A DNA stretch of 64,000 nt from Eledone cirrhosa (lineage: Eukaryota), in the NCBI GenBank assembly GCA_964016885.1, contig OZ024741.1, forward strand, positions 59,148,001 to 59,212,000, written 5' to 3'. The notes below the pieces were generated by a model. It had not been told where the DNA came from. It did no database searches and worked only from the letters and a program-made list of their open reading frames with translations. This document shows positions 45,558 to 58,420 of this stretch, piece after piece. Each line of letters begins with the position of its first letter. Within the stretch, counting starts at the first letter, position 1. Position numbers and translations under genes: made by a program.

Positions 45558-45665
45558 TATACATTATATATATATACATTATATATATATACATTATATA
45601 TATATACATTATATATATATATATATATACATTATATATATATATATATATTATATATATATATA

Positions 45666-45792
45666 TCATCATTATCATCATCATCACCGTTTTACGTCCG
45701 TTCTTCCACGCTAGCATGGGTTAGACAGGTTGTCCTGTTGTCAGCAGTGTCTGGTCGACTGACCATGCCTTGCTCATACAGGAACTGATTTG
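45666..45792 (-). mobile_element. RTE/SINE 3' tail fragment
   Basis: (CAT)n CACCGTTTTACGTCCGTTCTTCCACGCTAGC. Confidence 0.8.
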
Positions 45793-46254
45793 TAATGTAT
45801 ATATATATATAATGTATATATATATATATATATACAAGCATGGAATATGGACGTTAAACGATGATGATGATGATGATGACATTATATATATATATACATT
45901 ATATATATATATATACATTATATATATATATATATACATTAATATATACATTATATATATATATATATGTACATTATATATATATATATATACATTATAT
46001 ATATATATATATATATATATAATGTATATATATATATACATTATATATATATATATACATTATATATATATATACATTATATATATATACATTATATATA
46101 TATATATATACATTATATATATATATATATATACATTATATATATATATATACATTATATATATACATTATATATATATATAAACATTATATATATATAT
46201 ATACATTATATATATATATATATACATTATATATATATATATATATATATACAT

Positions 46255-46591
46255 TCATCATCATCATCATCATTTCATTTTACGTCCGCTTTTTCCCTGC
46301 TTGCAAGGGTGGGACGGGAACTGATGCTGGCTTGATTTCTACAGCTGGATGCCCTTCCTAACACCAACCTCATTTACAGTGAGTGCTGGGTGCTTTTTTG
46401 CCGTGGCACCTCCACGACCACTTTGCAGTGGAATGATATGGATCCCAGTCCCTATCATCTCATTTCTACAGCTGAGTAAACTGGAGCAATGTGAAATAAA
46501 GTGTCTTGCTCAAGAAAACAACACATTACCCAGTCTGAGAATTGAACTCACAACCTTTCGATTGCAAGGCCAATGCTCTAACCACTAAGCC
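46255..46591 (-). mobile_element. Full-length SINE B: tRNA head plus RTE-derived tail
   Basis: A-box TGGCTTAGTGG, B-box GAGTTCAATTC, then TTGAGCAAGACACTTTA; tail shared with the RTE 3' UTR. Confidence 0.87.
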
Positions 46592-46603
46592 ATGTGCCTC
46601 CAT

Positions 46604-46647
<44 letters not shown>

Positions 46648-46675
46648 TATATATATATATATACATTATATATAC

Positions 46676-46709
<34 letters not shown>

Positions 46710-46712
<3 letters not shown>

Positions 46713-47977
46713 TCATCATCATCATCATCATCACCGTTTTACGTCCGTTCTTCCACGCTAGCATGGGTTAGACGGGTTGTCCTGTTGTGGGCAGTGTCTG
46801 GTCGGCTGACCATGCCTTGCTCATACAGGAACTGAACTGGCTTGATTTCTACAGCTGGATGCCCTTCCTAACACCAACCTCATTTACAGTGAGTGCTGGG
46901 TGCTTTTTCGTGGCGCCTACACGTCCACTTTACAGTGTGGGCTGGGTGCTTTTTTGCCGTGGCACCTCCACGACCACCTTGCGGTGGGGGGAGTGGGGGC
47001 ATATTGTTTATATGCTTCAGCATGTACCCATGGGAGGTCGGGTACCCTGTATTACTGCGTGACGCCAGAAGTCACGGTCGTGTGTCATTGACTTTGAGAG
47101 GTGTAGTTGGGTAAGGTCGGCTTTTATCACCTCATCCCAAGTCATCTTGGGTCTCCCCACTCCGCGGTTTCCATCAACTTCTAGTGCTCTGCACCTTTTT
47201 ATGCAGCTGTCATCCTTCATACGCATCACATGTCCATACCAGCGTAACCGCCTCTCCTGCACGCAGCATTTGATTCCTCTTATGCTCAGTCTCTCTCTCA
47301 ATTCCTTTATGCTTTGTCGTTCACGTATATTACTGTTACACATCCATCGGAGCATGCAGGCTTCGTTTCTCTCTAATCTACGTAAGTCTTCCACCTTCAG
47401 CGCCCAGGTCTCACTACCATGCAACATCGCTGTTCGGATACACGCATCATACAGTCTGCCTTTCATTCTGAGGGAGAAGCCTTTTGCAGCTAGCAGTGGT
47501 AGTAGTTCCCTAAACTTCTTCCATCCCGTTCTTACCCTAGTTATTGTACTTTCTGAGCACCCACCTCCGTTGCTAATTCGGTCACCTAGGTAGCAGAAGC
47601 TGTCTACTGTTTCTACAGGGCCCTCCCAGAGATTGGTGGTACTTGTTTCCTGTGGCTGTTTGCTTGCTGTTTCAGCACAGCTGCTGCATGTGAATCCTAC
47701 ATTCTTAATTAAGCTTCCTGAGATCCCGCTACATCTCTTGTGTACCCATTGTTTGCATTTGGGGCAGAGAATAGAGTTCCTACCTACACCTTTCCTACAT
47801 ACTGAGCAAGGCCATTTCCCTGAGGGGATCTGGGTTCTGTTTTCTCGTCTACTTATAAGGACCTTAGTCTTTGTCATGTTGACTTTGAGGCCCTTTCTCT
47901 CTAGTCCCTGCTTCCAGGTTTGGAATTTATTCTCTAGTTCTACCATAGATTCAGCTATGAGTGTGAGGTCATCAGCA
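46710..47977 (-). mobile_element. RTE LINE, 5'-truncated at YADD
   Basis: Near-identical to 53392-54657. Confidence 0.95.
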
Positions 47978-48201
47978 TATATATATACATTTTATATATA
48001 TATACATTATATATATATACATTATATATATATACATTATATATATATATATATATACATTATATATATATACATTATATATATATATGATTCCAGTTCC
48101 TCAGTGAAATAACAACCCAACCAGGAACTGGGCATATCAGAGTATTGACAAAGTTATACACCTCAACAACATGTGTACTCGTCTCTACCACACTAATTCG
48201 G

Positions 48202-48256
48202 ACTGCCTGAAGAAGTCACAGCCAAAGATGGCTGTCACCGAAATATATATAGCAGT
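48202..48256 (+). ncRNA. Hammerhead ribozyme in a short insert at 48089-48315
   Basis: actgc CTGAAGA a gtcacagcc..ggctgtcac c GAAA TATATA TA gcagt. Confidence 0.87.
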
Positions 48257-48322
48257 AATAAACGAAGCCAAATTTTAAACATTTGACTTATTTATTTTAT
48301 TTTATTTTATTTTATATACATA

Positions 48323-48452
<130 letters not shown>

Positions 48453-48523
48453 CATATATATATATATACATATATATATACATATATACATACATATATA
48501 TATATACATATATATATATAAAT

Positions 48524-48969
48524 GGTGGCTGCCAACTCGTTTTCGAGTACGGCCACTACTTTATATCCATGTAGGAGAACCCCTACCGATGCGCTGAACG
48601 ACTGTGACTTTTTAGTCCAGCCAGCGACTTGAAAACTCTGGTACTACACTTGTGACAATGACTGACACATAGTGCTGGACCCATGGTACCATGTGACGAC
48701 AAGTGCAGAGAGATCTCCAGATATAAAGCAATGCCTGTGCCATGAAGCTTTTATAGTGAGCAAAGGCACTGCACAAAGCCAGTCCCACTCTCTTAACCAA
48801 GATATTTACCAAAAAGAAGAACAAGTCAACATCATTGGATACCATCAGGGCTGCAGGTGTTATATCAGAGTTTTCCTTCTCCTAGAATTCTGCCTTGACA
48901 AAGGCTAAGGGGTCATCTGTCCTGGTTATTTTGGATGGCCATTGACTCTTAAGAGCTCCTTTGCCCTTT
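48524..48969 (+). mobile_element. Second copy of the 29130 element
   Basis: Direct alignment by eye. Confidence 0.75.
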
Positions 48970-49438
48970 AAATACATATATATATATACATATATATACA
49001 TAAATACATATATATATACATATATATATATAAATACACATATATACATACATATATATATACATATATATACATATATTCATACATATATATATACATA
49101 TATATAGACACATTCATACATTCAAATGAAACATTTCCTGTAATATATCTTGGCTAGTTTCTGCCATTTCCATTTTAGAACTAATTTCCCTTTTCCTTAT
49201 AAATTCAAAATGGTCTCATCGAAAAATTTGTGAACATTCTTCAGAAATACGAAATTAGTTATCTGATGACATTTTCTGTATGTATGGACTTGGATGTATG
49301 CTTGGAACATGTAGCAGATGAAGGAAAAATAAGAAAAAAATATGCGGGAAAATGAAAGAAATGAAGAAATATAATATTAATCAAAGTGAAATCAAAGTGA
49401 AAGGTGCACAATTTTTGAATCCCAGGAACCAAATGACT

Positions 49439-49484
<46 letters not shown>

Positions 49485-49721
49485 CTGTGTTTATATATAT
49501 ATGTATGTATATATATGTGTATATATATGTATATATATATATATGTATATGTATATATATATGTATATATATGTGTATATATATATATGTATATATATGT
49601 GTGTGTGTGTGTGTGTTTCTATATATATGTATGTATATATATGTGTATATATATGTGTATATATATATGTATATGTATATATATATATGTATATGTATAT
49701 ATGTATATGTATATATATGTG

Positions 49722-49753
<32 letters not shown>

Positions 49754-49782
49754 TGTGTATATATATATATGTATATATATAT

Positions 49783-49845
<63 letters not shown>

Positions 49846-50040
49846 TGAATATACATATATACGTATATATATTTATATGTGTATATATATATGTATATAT
49901 ATATATGTGAATATACATATATATGTATATATGTATATATATATATGTATATATATATGTGAATATACATATATATGTATATATGTATATATATATATGT
50001 ATATATATATACATATATATATATGTATATATATATGTGA

Positions 50041-50123
<83 letters not shown>

Positions 50124-50668
50124 AATATACATATATATGTATATATATATATATGTATATATATGTGTGAATATACATATGTATATATATATATATATAC
50201 ATATGTATATATATATATATATATGAATATATAATATATATGTATATATATATATATATATGAATATACATATATATGTATATATATATATATACGTGAA
50301 TATACATATATATGTATATATGTATAATTATGTATATATGTATACATATATACATATATATGTATATTCACATATGTATATACTCACATATGTATATATT
50401 TATGTATATATATCCTTCTCTCTCTCCCTCTCTCTCTTTACCACACATCGATTTCTCTGAGCTAACTTACCAAACAACAGCAGCACCTAAGCCAGTATAT
50501 TCATTCATGTTCAACGCCTGTCATTTCTTTTTTATGCCAGCTGAACTTTGACATGACCCGGCTCTACTTAAATCGAAGCTTGGCATATATATGTGTGTGT
50601 ATCTGTATGTGTGTGTATCTGTATGTATGTGCATGTAGTTGTATATATGCATATGTATGTGTGTTTAT

Positions 50669-50707
<39 letters not shown>

Positions 50708-50774
50708 TGTGTATATATTTTATGTAGATGTATATATATGTGTGTGTGTGTGTATATGCATGTGTATATATTTA

Positions 50775-50819
<45 letters not shown>

Positions 50820-51134
50820 CAAAAGATATCTTTCTGGAAAACTGTGAAACCAATGCTGGTAGTTAAGTTTGAATCGATATCACAGATATATTAGCGGCTA
50901 AATCACTTTGGAAACTTATTAACAGTGACTGTAATGCTAAAGGTATATTGATCTCTAGTTCACACCTATAACATTGGCCTGTTTCGTCGATTGTTATGAG
51001 GCCAGTTGATGTCTGTTCAATAAGCCATAATTTATGGGACATAATACTTTTTGCTTTAAGTACAGACTCTTCTTACATTACAACCAATGTTTGGAGGTTG
51101 AGAAATGCATAGATAAATACTAGGTACTCATAAA

Positions 51135-51780
51135 ATGGTGAAGTTGCATAGTTGTTAGAGAGTTAAATAGAATGTTTTGTGGTATTTGTTCTGCCTAACT
51201 GCTGCATTCTGAGTTTAAATCCCACCAAGGTCAACTTTGCCTTTCATCTTTAATCTATAAAATTTAATTTCTTATATATTATAATGCAGAGCTAGTGCCA
51301 TGATAAAATACGCCAAACCCACTCTGTTATATGGTAGTGATTGTGCCACAATGAAAAGCACCCAGTTTACCCTGTAAAGTGGTAATACTGGTGCTATGAC
51401 AAAAAGCACCCAGTCCATCCTGTAAGGTGGTAGCGCCGGAGTCACAATAAAATGCTCACAGTACACACTGTAAAGTGGTTAGCATTAGGAAGGGCATCTA
51501 GCTGTAGAAAACATGCAAAAATAGAGTATATGAACAGGATGTAGTCACCTGACTGGTCAGGCCCCAGCACATGACAACTGATCTAACCCATGCGAACATG
51601 GAAATGGTGATAATGATGATATGATTCACTAGACAAACTTATTGTATTTACAAAGTCATTAGAACACTAGTCCAGCTCTTTATATTCTGAGTTCAAATCC
51701 CACTGAGGTTCACTTTGATTTTCATATTTTCAAGGTTAATAAAATCAAATACTAGTTTGGTTCTGGGGTCAATTCTTCCT
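51135..51780 (+). mobile_element. Cluster of old SINE A and RTE-tail fragments
   Basis: CTGAGTT(T/C)AAATCCCAC..AGGT at about 51209 and 51687; RTE-like UTR repeats at 51340-51620. Confidence 0.6.
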
Positions 51781-52458
51781 CTGTACTTTCTTTCACACTT
51801 TCTCTCTCTCTTTCTCTGGTACAAATTAGCTGTGTTCAGACCTGGAGAATGATGGGCTCCACCAAGGTTTAACCCTTTAGCATTTAAACCAGCCATATAC
51901 GGCCAGAATGCCCTCACTTCTTTCTGTTAAAACTGGCTGTAACTGGCTTCTCATACTGATGTTAAAGTATTGTTCTCAAAATAAATAACATCAAAATCTC
52001 ATAAATTCGATATTATATCAGATAATTGTGTTAGATAAAGTCTTTACCACAAAAATACAATAGTATATATAGAGTAATGTCAATGCTAAAGGGTTAAATG
52101 CCCTCCGACTCCATCAGGAGTTCAGAACTCTTTCCTTTCCTTTTCCAAGCCAAAATATCCTGATGGAGTTACAGGTGCACTGTTGTTACATATGGTAAAA
52201 ACTAGTTGAGCCCATCCCTCTCCAGGTCTGAATACAGTCAGTTTCTTCCAGAATTAGAGAGAGAGATAATAGAAGTAGAAATTAGAGACATAGAGTAAGA
52301 ATTGACTCCATTATTGGACTGATAGCTTATTAACCTCAAAAGAAAAGGAGGTAAAGTTAACCTTGGCAAGAATTGAACTCAGAATGAAGAGGGCTGAAAC
52401 AGTGTTCTAATGACACTGCCAATACAAAAAGATGTGTCAAGTGGATATATATATATAT

Positions 52459-52489
<31 letters not shown>

Positions 52490-52490
<1 letters not shown>

Positions 52491-53180
52491 CATCATCATC
52501 ACCGTTTTACGTCCGTTCTTCCATGCTAGCATGGGTTAGACGGGTTGTCCTGTTGTGGGCAGTGTCTAGTCGGCTGACCATGCCTTGCTCATACGGGAAC
52601 TGATTTGGCTTGATTTCTACAGCTGGATGCCCTTCCTAACACCAACCTCATTTACAGTGAGTGCTGGGTGCTTTTTTCCGTGGTGCCTACATGTCCACTT
52701 TACAGTGTGGGCTGGGTGCTTTTTCCGTGGCACCTACACATCCACTTTACAGTGTGGGCTGGGTGCTTTTTTGCCGTGGCACCTCCATGACCACTTTGCA
52801 ATGGGAGGGTGTGGGGCATATTGTCTATATGCTTCAGCTTCGGCTTGTACCTGTGAGGGGGGGGGGGGTCGGGTCTTCTGTATTACTGCATGACGCCAGA
52901 GGTCACGGTTGTGTGTCATCCCTCTTGAGAGGTGTAATTGGGTAAGGTCAGCTTTTATCACCCCATCCCAGGTCTTCTTGGGTCTCCCCACTCCGCGGTT
53001 TCCATTGACTTCTAGTGCTCTGCACCTTTTTATGCAGCTGTCTTCCTTCATACGCATCACATGTCCATACCAACGCAACCGCTTCTCCTGCACACAGCAT
53101 TTGATTCCTCTTATGCTCAGTCTTTCTCTCAATTCATTTATGCTTTGCCGCTTGCGTATATTACTATTACACATCCATCT
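52490..53180 (-). mobile_element. RTE LINE 3' fragment
   Basis: RLRWYGHVMR, GRPKKTW; (GAT)n tail. Confidence 0.92.
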
Positions 53181-53297
53181 GTCGAAACGGCCGGGGCTCA
53201 GCCGTTAGGGTTCAGACTCTTTTCCTATTACCCACTCTATTATCCTAAGTATTGAGTACTCTGGTCCACATGGTATCTTATCACACCCTCTTTGTTA
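53181..53297 (+). mobile_element. 3' fragment related to the 23490 HHR family
   Basis: GTCGAAACGGC..CTCAGCCGT..TTCCTATTACCCACTCTA..CCTAAGTATTGAGTACT. Confidence 0.75.
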
Positions 53298-53391
53298 TAT
53301 ATATATATATACACACACACATATATACACACATATATATATACATATACACATATATATATCTGCATATATATATATATACATATATATA

Positions 53392-56300
53392 TCATCATCA
53401 TCATCATCATCACCGTTTTACGTCCGTTCTTCCACGCTAGCATGGGTTAGACGGGTTGTCCTGTTGTGGGCAGTGTCTGGTCGGCTGACCATGCCTTGCT
53501 CATACAGGAACTGATCTGGCTTGATTTCTACAGCTGGATGCCCTTCCTAACACCAACCTCATTTACAGTGAGTGCTGGGTGCTTTTTCGTGGCGCCTACA
53601 CGTCCACTTTACAGTGTGGGCTGGGTGCTTTTTTGCCGTGGCACCTCCACGACCACCTTGCGGTGGGGGGAGTGGGGGCATATTGTCTATATGCTTCAGC
53701 ATGTACCCATGGGAGGTCGGGTACCCTGTATTACTGCGTGACGCCAGAAGTCACGGTCGTGTGTCATTGACTTTGAGAGGTGTAGTTGGGTAAGGTCGGC
53801 TTTTATCACCTCATCCCAAGTCATCTTGGGTCTCCCCACTCCGCGGTTTCCATCAACTTCTAGTGCTCTGCACCTTTTTATGCAGCTGTCATCCTTCATA
53901 CGCATCACATGTCCATACCAGCGTAACCGCCTCTCCTGCACGCAGCATTTGATTCCTCTTATGCTCAGTCTCTCTCTCAATTCCTTTATGCTTTGTCGTT
54001 CACGTATATTACTGTTACACATCCATCGGAGCATGCAGGCTTCGTTTCTCTCTAATCTACGTAAGTCTTCCACCTTCAGCGCCCAGGTCTCACTACCATG
54101 CAACATCGCTGTTCGGATACATGCATCATACAGTCTGCCTTTCATTCTGAGGGAGAAGCCTTTTGCAGCTAGCAGTGGTAGTAGTTCCCTAAACTTCTTC
54201 CATCCCGTTCTTACCCTAGTTATTGTACTTTCTGAGCACCCACCTCCGTTGCTAATTCGGTCACCTAGGTAGCAGAAGCTGTCTACTGTTTCTACAGGGC
54301 CCTCCCAGAGATTGGTGGTACTTGTTTCCTGTGGCTGTTTGCTTGCTGTTTCAGCACAGCTGCTGCATGTGAATCCTACATTCTTAATTAAGCTTCCTGA
54401 GATCCCGCTACATCTCTTGTGTACCCATTGTTTGCATTTGGGGCAAAGAATGGAGTTCCTACCTACACCTTTCCTACATACTGAGCAAGGCCATTTCCCT
54501 GAGGGGATCTGGGTTCTGTTTTCTCGTCTACTTATAAGGACCTTAGTCTTTGTTATGTTGACTTTGAGGCCCTTTCTCTCTAGTCCCTGCTTCCAGGTTT
54601 GGAATTTATTCTCTAGTTCTACCATAGATTCAGCTATGAGTGCGAGGTCATCAGCATACAGGAGTTCCCATGGGCATCCGGTCTTAAACTCCTCCGTTAT
54701 TGCCTGCAGGACTATGATGAACAGGAGAGGGCTAAGAACAGAGCCCTGGTGGACCCCAACCTGTACGCTAAATTCCTCGCTATACTCATTGCCAATCCTA
54801 ACTTTGCTGACTGCTCCCCTATACATGGCTTGTACCGCTTTCACAAGCCATTCATCTACTCCTAGTTTTCTAAGAGCCCACCAGATTACTGCACGTGGAA
54901 CTCTGTCAAAGGCTTTCTCAAGGTCGACAAATGCCAAGTAGAGTGGCTTACTTTTAGCTAGGTACTTTTCCTGTAATTGCCTCACAAGGAAGAGGGCATC
55001 AGTGGTGCCTTTCCCTGGTACAAACCCAAATTGCATCTCGTCTATATTCACCCGGTCCCTAATCAGCTGTGCTATAACTCTTTCTGTTACTTTCATGACC
55101 TGGTCCATCAACTTTATACCTCTATAGTTTCCTCTATCTAGTGCATCGCCTTTACCTTTGTAGCAGTTGACAATGATGCTACTGCACCAATCTTTTGGTA
55201 TGGCCCCCTCTAGTATTACCTGGTTAACGATACGTGTGGTTATAGTGTGACCTACAGACCCAGATGCCTTCAGCATCTCGGCAGCTATACCCGATGGACC
55301 GGTTGCCTTCCCTATCTTCATATCTCTGATTGCCTTACTTACTACGCTGCCGCTGACTTGTACTGCTGGTCCCTCTATAGGGTCTACGTGGGGTAGGGTC
55401 TCTTCTTCCCATGCATTCTCCTCATTTAGTAATCTATCATAATGACTCTTCCATGCATCTTTCTTCTCAGCACTTGTGAGGGCAAGCTCACCTTTATCAT
55501 TCCGGATACACTTCTCTCCAATGACATCACAACTATCTCTGACACACTGCCTCGCAATCTTGAATACCTCCTGTTTCTGGTCCTCACGTTGTAAAACATG
55601 CTTGAATTTTCTATCCTCTGCTTCCCTCCTAGCTAAGTATACTTGTCACCTAGCTTCCCTCTTGGTCTCTATGTAATGTACCCTGCTCCCCCCGTTCTTC
55701 CATTCTTTCCATGCCTGTCTCTTGGCCTTGACTGCTTCATCTACCTTATTGTTCCACCACCAAGTCACTCTCCTCCTGCTTGAGGTCTTACTCCAGCCAC
55801 AAACCTCATCCGTCGCCTCTAGTAAGTTATTTTTTAGGAACTCCCAGTTCTCTTCTACGTTAAATGTCTATATCTGTTCTTCTTTACTGTCGTAGGCGTT
55901 GAGTAAAATATCTTTAAATCTGTTACTGGTTGAGGGGACTTTCAGCTTCCAGATCTTTCTTCTCCAGGTTGGCCTCTGTTTCAGGGCTCGTCTAGTTCTG
56001 ACCGTGAGGTCACTGACAACTAAGCTATGTTGGGATGTACATTCCTCACTAGGGAAGGCTTTTGTGTTTACGACCGTCCATCTGTCACGTCCTCTGATGA
56101 GGATAAAATCTAACTGACTAGAGTGCTCCCCTGATCTATAGGTGATCAGGTGGTTGTCAGGTTTTTTAAAGTTTGTGTTACATATCGACATGTCATTGGC
56201 GTCGCAGAATTCTAGAAGTCCGAATCCTTCCTCATTCCTTGTGCCAACTCCATGGCCTCCATGTACTCTATTGAAGCCGTCGCAGTGTTTACCTACGTGT

Positions 56301-56738
56301 CCGTTAAAATCTCCTGCAATGATTAGGAAGTCCTTGTCGTCTGTTAGAGCAGTAGTGTGTATTAGGGACTCGTAAAACCTATCCTTAAGTTCGTCTGGCA
56401 GCCCCGATTGGGGTGCGTAAGCTGATATTATTGTGGTAATTGTCTTATTCAGGACTAGTCTGAGTTTAATGATTCTTGCATTTACCCTGTACACTGAGAT
56501 TACTTTATCTACCCACTTGTCAGCTAATAGTATACCTACACCACCCATCCCATCGTCATTTCCCACCCAGAAAAATTTGTAGCACTGGCTTTTTCCTACA
56601 AGGACTCTAGCAGACCCTCCTCTCCATCTAGTCTCTTGCACACAGCATACATCAACTTCCTTTCGCTCTAGCATTTCTACGATTTCTCCTGCTCTTCCTT
56701 TCATTGAGCCTACATTGATGGTACCAACTCGGAGTTTT
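53392..56738 (-). mobile_element. Nearly complete RTE LINE (APE endonuclease, RT, PHD finger), one frame with two nonsense codons
   Basis: APE: GTINVG, VQET, SAYAP, GDFNGH, QLDF. RT: YRGIKL, QFGF, FVDLEKAFD, GVHQGSVLSP, YADD. The two tracked ORFs are in frame (546-nt gap) with TAG at 55868 and TGA near 55646. Confidence 0.95.
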
Positions 56739-56772
56739 GTATGTATATATATATATATATATACACACACAC

Positions 56773-56817
<45 letters not shown>

Positions 56818-56946
56818 CACACACACATATATATACATATATATATATACAAAAGGTTATATTTAATTTGTTGGAATTCAACAAACTTAAAAGTTTTATA
56901 ACTGGTTTCCATTTATTAATATAATGTATATATATATATATATATC

Positions 56947-57315
56947 CTATCTATAATATAAAGGAAAGTCGTATGTGTGTGTGTCCAGGTTGAACTCAGA
57001 AATTAGAGAAAGAACACCCACAAAAAATATATATTATTGTTCCTTATTCCACTGGACAAGTAATGGTAGTATTTATTTTGATGTATAAAACAGTAATTTA
57101 TGTTAAATTCAGTTCTATTTATTTTACTGTATTCATATAAAAACAATATGGCCATTTTGTTTTGGAATTGTCTCTCATTCTTCATTCTGTAGAGAAAGAC
57201 AGAGAGGATGAGAAAGTGGAAAAGAGAAGATGTGAGAGAAAGAGAAAACTAATATGTGCCAAAATATATTGTTACTTTCATAACATACTTGGGCATTGCC
57301 CGGTACCTCTGCAAT
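56947..57315 (+). mobile_element. Possible non-autonomous Helitron remnant
   Basis: 5' TCTATAATATAAAG..GTATGTGTGTGT; 3' GGGCATTGCCCGG hairpin before a degenerate end. Confidence 0.35.
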
Positions 57316-57799
57316 TATAGAGCATATTTTTCTAGATTTCTTATTAGATATGTGTGTAATAATGTCAGATGAAGGTATTCCTTTCTGTTGAAAAGATATT
57401 TCTAAATTATTCAATAGAAGACAGTATTTTAAAACAGTGTATAATTATTGAGATGCCAGATTTAAAAATATATATATACAGTATTTATTTGACACCCTGT
57501 GTGAGGTTATACATATATTTTGAAGTGTTTGCACAGAAACTTGGGGGGAGGGGGGCACAGATTGGAATAGTACTCAATGCATGTTAAGGTGCAGAGTTGG
57601 TATAGAAATTGATAAATTCTCAAAGAAAGCCTGTTCTGTTTTGGCTGGCCTTCAAACTGAGTTCAAAGCCAATCAGCTTGCTGGCCATCCAAAACCGAGT
57701 GGGCTCTTCATTGGGATTTTACAAATTATTATATATATATATTCTACACCACCCTCCTACTTCCACCCACACCACCCTTACTCCTTAAAGTTATGTTGG

Positions 57800-58078
57800 T
57801 ATCACAAAACATCCAGCCCTCACTGTAAAGTGGTCGTGTAAGTGTCACGTCAAAAAGCACCCAGTCCACACTGTAAAGTGGTCTTGTAGGAGACATGGTA
57901 AAAAGCATCCAGTACACACTGTAAATGTGATTGGCATTAGATAGGGCATCCAGCCATAGAAAACTAGCCAGAAACAGTCGTATATGTGCGAGACACGGTC
58001 ACCCGACCCAACTTGCCTCTAATGGGACAAACCCGTCTAACCCATGCTAGCATGGAAAATAGATGTTAAACGATGATA
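57800..58078 (+). mobile_element. RTE-type 3' UTR fragment
   Basis: Similar to 3110-3385. Confidence 0.7.
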
Positions 58079-58084
58079 TATATA

Positions 58085-58420
58085 TATTTAATTATGTAAT
58101 AAACAACACAATATAATTATTCCATTACCCAAGGTTTCATGAAGTTAGACGATAAAATAACAGAAAAATTTTGTAACTTTTTCCGTTATTTTATTTCAAC
58201 CTCACTTTCATTTATAATAGATTTTAATTTTATAGCTTATATCCAAATAAAGATTCCTTCTGATGAACGATATCAGACGTTTCTGTTTAGAATCGTCTAA
58301 CTTCATGATACCTTGGGTAATGGAATAATTATATTGTGTTATTTATTACATAATTAAATAGCTCTGTACTATACATAGAGCACTCTTCTTTCCTTTACCT
58401 TTTCCACGGAAATACTTAAC
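58085..58420. mobile_element. Small fold-back HHR element (arms 58085-58153 and 58292-58360; extension to 58420)
   Basis: HHR at 58253-58326 (+): attcctt CTGATGA...GATA CCTTGGG TA atggaat; the left arm retains GAAA. Confidence 0.8.

Noticed and set aside
55640-55870. Programmed readthrough or selenocysteine in the RTE ORF
   Set aside because: TAG and TGA are simply explained as single-base nonsense changes (CAG/GAG and CGA); the TGA is not at an evident Cys motif
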